From: Pseudomonadota bacterium
GTDB lineage: Bacteria > Pseudomonadota > Gammaproteobacteria > DASZBR01
Direction of reading: 5' to 3'
Length of the DNA: 30,898 bases
Assembly (NCBI GenBank): GCA_021777765.1
Contig: JAJYDF010000039.1
Coordinates: forward strand, 1 to 30,898
Part shown: in pieces, positions 23,923 through 30,898 of the stretch
Numbering within the stretch: position 1 is the first letter of the stretch
Layout: each line of letters starts with the position of its first letter
Position numbers and translations under genes: made by a program
The notes under the pieces: generated by a model
What the model was told of the DNA's origin: nothing
What the model saw: only the letters and a program-made list of their open reading frames with translations
The model's database searches: none

Positions 23923-26900
23923 ATGTCAGGATTTCAACGATATCGCAGTGATATGAAGAATATTCGCAAATTAACTTCACAAGTGAGAATTACGGATAGC
24001 ATGGCCGCACCATCGGCTCCCAAAGTGGGTGGTGGGAATTATCTCGGTGAGTTTGGTTTTACCAACAATAATGCGAATGTGGCTATTCAAGGTGATTTGA
24101 TAGCTCGTATTGGTGATCATATTGAATTTTTAGCAGAGATGGCAAATAAAGAGCATGAAAATGATCATCTTCAGAAAAACTTGCAAAATGAATTTGTACC
24201 AAAACCTGGTCATGAAATTGATGTGTCACGATTTGGTATGCCAGAGTTTTCGTTATATCCCAAAGACAGGCCTATTACACTAGAGGAATATCGCACATTA
24301 TTAGAAAGAATTAAAAAAATTGCAGGATCATGTCATGATAATCTTCATTTAGTATTGTCATCAGTTCCTGTTGAGTGGCCTGATAAAAAAGTTTATAACT
24401 TATCTGTATATGTGCAATGTGGTAAAGATCCTATTTTAACTCCATTTGCAAAATCTATTCCTTCTGCGATAGATGCCATTTATCCCAATACGACTAACCC
24501 CAGTTTTGTAGGGTCTAGTTATTATCCGAAGGTGCTGAGTGAAGGCATTAAACTCACCATGAATAGCACAGCGTATCAATTTGATAATTATGTAACGTGG
24601 ATAACAAATGGCGGGTGGAATGCGCCAACCTGTATCGATGCATTAAATGATGTAAAAGCGGCGTTACTTAACGATAAATATTGTCTACCTTCTGCAGAAT
24701 TAATCGATTGCATAGATAAAACTATTTTGGCTTTTCAGAATACGGGCACGATTACTTCAACTCAAAAAGATACGTTTATTCAATTAATGAATCAATTTAA
24801 AAAGAACGCTATAGAAGAGTCGAATCGTTTTAATGATGCTGCAAATTTAATACCGCCAAAACCTTTTATTATTTCTAATGGTATTACGACAGAACATTAC
24901 GGTAGATTTTCTTTTGATGATACGCTTGTCGCCATTGAATCATGTAAAGGCAATTTAAATGATAATGCAAAAGCATTACAAATTTTAGAAACGACCAAAG
25001 AGTATATTAATAAAGGATTAATTTATAATTCTAGCTATACAGTCGATGCCCAGTTAACGATTCATATAGATGCTTTAATTTTGAAAATGAAAACTAATAC
25101 AGCTGCCTTGGATACAATCGAAGTTAATAAATTCAAGACGCTCATGACAGATTATAAAAAGTCTTGCCAAGACAAATATTCTGATAATTGGTTAAAAATA
25201 CAACGGCCACCGATTCTAAAAGAAATTCTAAAACCTGAGCCAAATTGGTATGTTGGTTATGATAGTATTGTGCAAAATGTGCAAGCAAATTCAACAATGG
25301 GTAATTGGATATATGGAAAGAAATTATTAGAGACTGTACGTGATAATATAACTCAATATAATGCTAACAACGCTTATTATCGTCCTGATTCACAACACCT
25401 TTTGAACCATATCAATTTGATGATAACGTTTTATAAAATGCCTTATTTTGGTGTGCATCCTTCAGCTTTTGTTAGATTAAATACGTTATTAGAAAATTAT
25501 CGCAAAGATACAGAATCTCGGTATTCTTCTTATGTTAGACCATTAATGTCAGATATATCATCTCCCATTGGTAACACAGCAAATTATGCTGAAGAATTTA
25601 ATTTAACAAAAATTGCATCATTGATAGATAAAAATCTAACACAAGAAAATTTTAAGGCCAGTAAGGAACAATTGGATTACTTACGTAATATGTTATTATT
25701 TTCAAATAAAGAAAGAAGTAAAGAAAATAAGCATCCTTTATTAACCAGCATTGATAATATATATAGCAATATTGATAAATTAGATTTGGTAGCCGAGCAT
25801 CAACGTGCATATAATTTGTTTAATAATATTGATACATTTTTGAATAAAACACCACCTAAAGAAGAAGATATTGTTGAAATATATAAATGTCTTACCACCG
25901 TACAAGAAATTATAAAATCATTAAATAACCGTATTCCTTCTGAGAAGACGGAGGTAATTGTAAACAAGATAAATGATTTGGATAAATTATTACCTTTTAA
26001 TCCCACGCACAATCCTGAGAATTTTAAAGATCTTAAAGTGGATGAGCAAAATTTAACATTAATTTTAAAATCTTTTAAGGAAGGGTATAGTGATCTGGGT
26101 AAATTATTAACTGCACTACCAAGTAAATATAAAATAAGTACGGAACAAATTAAAAATTTGAATTCAGAAATTGATTACTACAGTAAAGAACGACTTGAAA
26201 ATAAAATTGAAAATGCAATTGGTGAATATAATTCTTTGCTGCCACAAGGTGTAGATTATGGCAAAAAAGCTGCAGAGATTATCCGTGTATTTAGTTATTT
26301 AAACCATATAGAGAATCTTTCACCAGAATGTAAAAAAGCAATTACAGCTATCATTGATAAATTAGAAAAGGGAAATACCATTGATAAAAATTTAATAAAA
26401 GAACTCAAAGAACGAATTAATTTACAAAGTGATTTAATTCAGAATATGCCATACTGGCATTTCCCAACACACATGCTTTCTCAAGACATTAATTATAATA
26501 CGTCGATAAAATGTCGTACAAATGGTTTTTTTTGGGGTACCAATGGCAATGTGTGTTTAGATAATTTATATGCAATAGGACGTCGCAATGCTTTACATCA
26601 ATTACAAAATGAAGAAGAGCCATCTATTTATCATTCAGAAATAATTGCTTCAAACAGTGTCAATATAGAGCCAGCGCATGCAATAAATCCAACTGGCATA
26701 ATATCGCATATGGATGTTACAACTTATGAAAATACTAATATGGGGCCTGTTTCAAAAATATCATCTAATAAAGTATACAATACCTTAATGGGTACCAGAG
26801 ATTTATCCACAGGTCAGACGTTGGGGGTTAATCAACTGACAGTAGCTGGCAGTGTAGTGCCAAAAAATAGTAGTTATAAAACTACCGTAAATTCTTCGAA

Positions 26901-29799
26901 TCCTAGTCAACTCGTCATCAATGAGCCAATTTTTGGGCCACCACTCGTAATGAGAAAATATGTGCCTCATTTATTGCAAGCAATACCGATTGCTAATAAT
27001 CAACAGGCTAACGCTGATACCTATACTGCCAATTTTTATGTCAAACAAATCAAAACACTGCTTAAAAATTTTCAATTACCAAAAGAGGCAGTTCAACAAC
27101 AACAGTGTTTAGATGATTTTGTAAAAGATTTAAATAAGCTACGGAATAATCCTGCAACTACAGCGAAAGATTTTTATAAAGCACTTGCTGATTTGGAAGA
27201 CAAAGTCAAATTAATCCCATCAAATCAAGAAAATATAGAAGCATTCAAACAGCAAATTAATTCGTTACGACATTTTTGTGATACAAAGTTGTTATCAGTG
27301 GAATCCTATATTTCATTCCGTTGTATAGATCAACTTACGACACCTTTAACTGTTGAACAAAAAAAAGTAGCTGATCTCTTTAAAATCGAGTTAGATAAAA
27401 TTGAAAAAACACCGCTGGTATTAAATAATGTAACAGGTTATGCTGAAATTCCTGCTAAAGAGATAGCAAAAGCAGTGTTTGATTTTAAAAAAGAAATAAA
27501 TCGAGTAGCAGGACTGCCTGAGGATACGGCAGAATTAATGAAAGTTTATAATCTATCAGAAAATTATTTGCGTAAAAACTTCCCAGAAATATATCTCGAA
27601 CTAGTCAAAATGAATATTCCTGAATTTGCTAAAGTGATCAATTTGGTCGAGTCAATGGGTCCCGGATTAACTACTGATCAGTTAGCTGCTGTTACAGCAC
27701 TTAAAAATGCAATAGTTGTGATACAACGCCAACCATTACAATTTGATAAGCAAGGTCGTGCTATATTTGAAACCTTTGATTTAGAAAAAGCGTTTGAAAA
27801 TTATAATAAAAATGTAGCTGAAATTAAAGGTGAAGATACAACCCAATTAAAAGAGTTGGGTGAAAAAATTGATAAGCATTTAAAAGTGTTGCAAACTAAT
27901 TTTAAATTACTCAACTTAGGTAAAGAATACTATGATGAACAAATTAAACAGTTACAAGAGAAGCAGAAAAAAGTCAACGCTGAAACAAATTTACGAGAAA
28001 TGAGAGAAAATATTTCTAGTTTGGAGGGATTTCAAACAGTTAAAAAGAAAGATAATAAAACTGATAATGTAGAAAAAACTATATATGAGAAATTTGAAGA
28101 ATATTTAAAAGTAGCAAAAATTAGTCAAAGGAGTCCTCATTATATTTTAACTAAGCAATTGGTTGAAAGATTAAAATCTTTAGAAAATGCCACCACACAA
28201 ATCGCGCAAAAACCAGTGGAGTTGACTAATAATGAAGTTGTTAATTTGTTAGTTACTTACAAAGCTATGCTTGCGAATAATTTCATGGTTCCATCATTAA
28301 ATGATGTTCATAGAGAAGTCCTTGCGGATTTGAAGAAAAATTATCCTGATGTTTTTAATGCATATACTGTTATTACAACTAAATCTAACTTTGTACAGGA
28401 TTATAACTCAGTTAAAAAGGAACATGAAACACTCAAGAGTAAAATTATAGAAGCGCGTGCTAATCAAGAAAAATTAGAAAAAATTGATCAAACATTGCCA
28501 GATAAGGAAAGGCTCTTAATTCTTAAAAAAGAAGAATGCAGAGTGTTAAATGAACAATTAGTTCACCAAGAGCAATTATTGAATAAATTATCTGAAGCGA
28601 AGGAGCAAGCTGATAATAATCTGAAAGGACTATTAAAAAATCAACAATCAGCCAACGAGGCGCTTTCTCAACTAAAAGTGAACAAAACGCAGCTTGAGGA
28701 AGAGAATGATAACATTCGAGAAAAGATACTAAAAATTGAAAAAATGCATTTAATGTCACAAGGGATAAAAGAAATCTATCAAAATATTGATTCATTATCA
28801 GAATATCATCGACGGAATGCAGATGAAATTAATACAATTAAAGTAAATATACTGAAAACGGAGCAAGACATAACTCAATTGAAAAATAAAATACCTGATA
28901 AAACAAGACGGCTCGATGAATTAAAATCTGCAATCGATGAATGTCAACGGCTAATGGCAGAAAAAGAAAAAAGATTAAATTTGAAGGGGCAGACAGAAAC
29001 TGAGCAGTTAGGTAAAGATATAACTGATTTAACAAAGAGAATAGCAGTGTTCCAGGCTGAATTTGATAAATTAGATATTAATATAAAAGAAATGAATCAG
29101 GAAATCAGTCAGTTAAAATTAAAGAGCGCAAAAGAAGGTGAGTTAATTCAAACATTGATTAAAGATAATAATGGTTTAGATCAAAAAATTGAAACTTTAA
29201 AAGTTCAAATTCAACAAAAACAAAGTGAATTATTTGAATTAGCCAAAAAAGATGTGAGTCGCGCGAATGAAATGTCTGTGAAACAATATAATGATTCGAT
29301 TTTTGAATTGACACAATCTCAAATGTCTCTGTTAAAACAAAGTTTGTCTAATAATTCACAAACAATTTCTAAGAACCAAGAAGTTATATTGAGCAAAGAA
29401 CAAGAGCTACAGAATATAGAAAAGCAAGTAGTAAAAGGAAATCTAGAGTGTCAAACATGCAAAGAAAGATTGCAAGAACATACAGAAGTTGTCAATCCGC
29501 TAAAAACAGTGGCTAAAGAACAAAACTTACAATTGCAAAAATTAGATGAGGAAGTGCAAGGATTAAGCTCAGAAAAAGAGAAATTAAAAGTACGGCTGAA
29601 TGGAGAAAAAACCTCTATTAAATATTTAACTACTCAAATGGAGCAAGTTGATTCAAAATTTAGAGTTTTGGATAGCCAAATGGAACGTCATAAAGAACAG
29701 CAAAGTGAATTAAATAAAAACGTTGTTAAGTCTAAACAAGAAAATGAACAGCTTGTTGAAAAAGAAAGAGCATATACACAACGACGTAATGGGATGTGA
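23923..29799 (+). CDS. giant 1958-aa protein: ~1350-aa N-terminal region of unknown function plus ~600-aa C-terminal continuous coiled coil
   Basis: Single uninterrupted ORF with RBS GGAG 9 nt upstream. From about aa 1350 onward it is K/E/Q/L-rich with heptad character (LKSKIIEARANQEKLEKIDQ..., KEQADNNLKGLLKNQQSANEALSQLKVNKTQLEEEND...). No TM or signal peptide. Confidence 0.9.
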   Translation: MSGFQRYRSDMKNIRKLTSQVRITDSMAAPSAPKVGGGNYLGEFGFTNNNANVAIQGDLIARIGDHIEFLAEMANKEHENDHLQKNLQNEFVPKPGHEIDVSRFGMPEFSLYPKDRPITLEEYRTLLERIKKIAGSCHDNLHLVLSSVPVEWPDKKVYNLSVYVQCGKDPILTPFAKSIPSAIDAIYPNTTNPSFVGSSYYPKVLSEGIKLTMNSTAYQFDNYVTWITNGGWNAPTCIDALNDVKAALLNDKYCLPSAELIDCIDKTILAFQNTGTITSTQKDTFIQLMNQFKKNAIEESNRFNDAANLIPPKPFIISNGITTEHYGRFSFDDTLVAIESCKGNLNDNAKALQILETTKEYINKGLIYNSSYTVDAQLTIHIDALILKMKTNTAALDTIEVNKFKTLMTDYKKSCQDKYSDNWLKIQRPPILKEILKPEPNWYVGYDSIVQNVQANSTMGNWIYGKKLLETVRDNITQYNANNAYYRPDSQHLLNHINLMITFYKMPYFGVHPSAFVRLNTLLENYRKDTESRYSSYVRPLMSDISSPIGNTANYAEEFNLTKIASLIDKNLTQENFKASKEQLDYLRNMLLFSNKERSKENKHPLLTSIDNIYSNIDKLDLVAEHQRAYNLFNNIDTFLNKTPPKEEDIVEIYKCLTTVQEIIKSLNNRIPSEKTEVIVNKINDLDKLLPFNPTHNPENFKDLKVDEQNLTLILKSFKEGYSDLGKLLTALPSKYKISTEQIKNLNSEIDYYSKERLENKIENAIGEYNSLLPQGVDYGKKAAEIIRVFSYLNHIENLSPECKKAITAIIDKLEKGNTIDKNLIKELKERINLQSDLIQNMPYWHFPTHMLSQDINYNTSIKCRTNGFFWGTNGNVCLDNLYAIGRRNALHQLQNEEEPSIYHSEIIASNSVNIEPAHAINPTGIISHMDVTTYENTNMGPVSKISSNKVYNTLMGTRDLSTGQTLGVNQLTVAGSVVPKNSSYKTTVNSSNPSQLVINEPIFGPPLVMRKYVPHLLQAIPIANNQQANADTYTANFYVKQIKTLLKNFQLPKEAVQQQQCLDDFVKDLNKLRNNPATTAKDFYKALADLEDKVKLIPSNQENIEAFKQQINSLRHFCDTKLLSVESYISFRCIDQLTTPLTVEQKKVADLFKIELDKIEKTPLVLNNVTGYAEIPAKEIAKAVFDFKKEINRVAGLPEDTAELMKVYNLSENYLRKNFPEIYLELVKMNIPEFAKVINLVESMGPGLTTDQLAAVTALKNAIVVIQRQPLQFDKQGRAIFETFDLEKAFENYNKNVAEIKGEDTTQLKELGEKIDKHLKVLQTNFKLLNLGKEYYDEQIKQLQEKQKKVNAETNLREMRENISSLEGFQTVKKKDNKTDNVEKTIYEKFEEYLKVAKISQRSPHYILTKQLVERLKSLENATTQIAQKPVELTNNEVVNLLVTYKAMLANNFMVPSLNDVHREVLADLKKNYPDVFNAYTVITTKSNFVQDYNSVKKEHETLKSKIIEARANQEKLEKIDQTLPDKERLLILKKEECRVLNEQLVHQEQLLNKLSEAKEQADNNLKGLLKNQQSANEALSQLKVNKTQLEEENDNIREKILKIEKMHLMSQGIKEIYQNIDSLSEYHRRNADEINTIKVNILKTEQDITQLKNKIPDKTRRLDELKSAIDECQRLMAEKEKRLNLKGQTETEQLGKDITDLTKRIAVFQAEFDKLDINIKEMNQEISQLKLKSAKEGELIQTLIKDNNGLDQKIETLKVQIQQKQSELFELAKKDVSRANEMSVKQYNDSIFELTQSQMSLLKQSLSNNSQTISKNQEVILSKEQELQNIEKQVVKGNLECQTCKERLQEHTEVVNPLKTVAKEQNLQLQKLDEEVQGLSSEKEKLKVRLNGEKTSIKYLTTQMEQVDSKFRVLDSQMERHKEQQSELNKNVVKSKQENEQLVEKERAYTQRRNGM

Positions 29800-29964
29800 T
29801 AAAAATCCTTTATAAAGGTTAGGTTTATTATTAGGAATTTTCATTTGAGAAAATCAACGGCTTGAATGATTCTTCAATGCATCAATCAGTGATATTTCGA
29901 CATATCTTTTTTAATGCTGGTTAATCATTCACTCAGGTCAAAGTGTCATGAATAAAAATTATTA

Positions 29965-30321
29965 CTATTTTTCAACAAAATTTTTTAATCTGAGTAATGC
30001 ATCATCCCATTGTTCGGATACATAATTGAGATATTGTTTGATTTTTTCCAGAGGGGCAGGATTATATTTATATAATGATTCACGTCCAGAACGAATACTA
30101 ATCACTAATTTTGCCTCTTCTAGAATGACGAGATGTTTAGTGATCGCTTGTCTGGTTAATTGAGTATTTTCAGTGAGATCTACAATTGAATGCAATTGTC
30201 CATCAAAGAGTTTCGTCACCAATAATAAACGGATTTTATTACCAAGCGCTGCGAATATGAGCGCTTGGTCTTTCCATTGTGATATGGCTTTTTTATGTAT
30301 TTTGTATGACATATTTTTCAA
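29965..30321 (-). CDS. ArsR/SmtB-family HTH transcriptional regulator
   Basis: ALGNKIRLLLVTKLFDGQLHSIVDLTENTQLTRQAITKHLVILEEAKLVISIRSGRESLYKY matches the ArsR winged-helix pattern (ALxxPxRLxIL ... VSxHL ... GLV ... RxGRxxxY). It overlaps the upstream SRPBCC gene by 29 nt, which suggests translational coupling. Confidence 0.8.
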   Translation of the reverse strand: MKNMSYKIHKKAISQWKDQALIFAALGNKIRLLLVTKLFDGQLHSIVDLTENTQLTRQAITKHLVILEEAKLVISIRSGRESLYKYNPAPLEKIKQYLNYVSEQWDDALLRLKNFVEK

Positions 30322-30745
30322 TATTCTTTATTTGTTCAGACCAACCACTGTCATTCATTCGGAATGCTTCAAAGCGACGATCTTGTGGAATATTATCGAA
30401 ACCGGTTTCAGTAACAATAAGCAATGTCCCTCCAGGAATTTTTTCTAGTGTAAATTCAACTAATGTAGATGGTTCTTTTGAATAATCTATATTGGGATCA
30501 ATTGCGTAAGGGTGCCAAGTATATGAGAAGTAATGTTCGGGTTCTATTTTTTGTACAACTGCGTGCCATTTTACATGCTCATAACCGGGATAGGTAATAT
30601 GGCCCTGTGAAGTTTGGCCAGCTACGAAAGGTCCTTCGATTTTTACTCGAAACCATTCGCCGAATTGTTTGTGGTCTGTTAACGCTTGCCAAACACGTGT
30701 TACAGGTGCTTTAAGTTCAATACGTTTTTCAATTCGATTTGTCAT
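30293..30745 (-). CDS. SRPBCC-superfamily (Aha1/BetV1-like, AHSA1-type) protein
   Basis: IEKRIELKAPVTRVWQALTDHKQFGEWF...YTWH...GGTLLIVTETGFDNI is a typical SRPBCC/AHSA1 pattern. Such genes are commonly paired with arsR-family regulators. Confidence 0.75.
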   Translation of the reverse strand: MTNRIEKRIELKAPVTRVWQALTDHKQFGEWFRVKIEGPFVAGQTSQGHITYPGYEHVKWHAVVQKIEPEHYFSYTWHPYAIDPNIDYSKEPSTLVEFTLEKIPGGTLLIVTETGFDNIPQDRRFEAFRMNDSGWSEQIKNIEKYVIQNT

Positions 30746-30826
30746 AGAGAGCCTCTTCTGGTGAGTTGATGCGCAACCAAATGGTTGCTAATTAAAATAA
30801 TAGTTATGCTCTCAGTGCTTGTCAAT

Positions 30827-30876
30827 ATCCGCTTTTTTTCCTTCTCCCCGAAGGGGAGAAGGTGCCGAAGGCGGAT
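30827..30876. repeat. 50-bp compound palindrome (REP-like): ATCCGC-T7-CCTTCTCCCC-GAA-GGGGAGAAGG-TGCCGAAG-GCGGAT
   Basis: It has a perfect 10-bp stem with a 3-nt loop, nested inside a 6-bp outer inverted repeat. It shares the CCTTCTCCCC/GGGGAGAAGG arms and the preceding T-run with 15261..15285. It lies upstream of the SRPBCC-arsR operon, at the window edge. Confidence 0.4.
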
Positions 30877-30898
30877 GAGGGGGTATTTAAAAGTATGA

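Noticed and set aside
29807-29818. Perfect 12-bp palindrome CCTTTATAAAGG just after the giant gene stop
   Set aside because: It is too short and AT-rich to be a convincing terminator, and it is a single occurrence. Noted only as a possible protein-binding site.

Overview
This is an AT-rich (~35% GC by eye) 30.9-kb window, apparently chromosomal. It mixes a few core genes (pgi, trmB, tRNA-Gly(CCC)) with many accessory, effector-like genes. The accessory genes are: a flotillin/SPFH-family membrane protein with three internal 222-bp tandem repeats; a Fic protein with a canonical AMPylase motif, followed 71 bp later by a divergent chorismate-mutase/prephenate-dehydratase (PheA)-like protein; a secreted parallel beta-helix protein; a secreted cupin interrupted by one in-frame TAA; a YceI-like periplasmic protein; an orphan IcmF/TssM-family membrane NTPase; a membrane-anchored RNI-type LRR protein; a 1958-aa coiled-coil giant; and an SRPBCC-ArsR pair. 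Four small repeat families sit in the intergenic DNA. An 82-bp compound palindrome occurs twice, bracketing one ORF. A ~200-bp MITE-like element with TGTAGCCTGG/CCAGGCTACA inverted termini occurs twice, bracketing pgi plus the IcmF-like gene. A CCTTCTCCCC-loop-GGGGAGAAGG hairpin occurs twice. A phased array of six AAAACCAAGT(A/T)ATT motifs lies directly upstream of the Fic gene and overlaps its candidate promoter. The composition and gene content (eukaryote-like LRR, Fic, long coiled coil, IcmF family) suggest a Legionellales-type intracellular gammaproteobacterium, but that is inference only. I saw no transposase, integrase, CRISPR array or rRNA. All functional calls come from reading motifs in the supplied translations; no database search was run.
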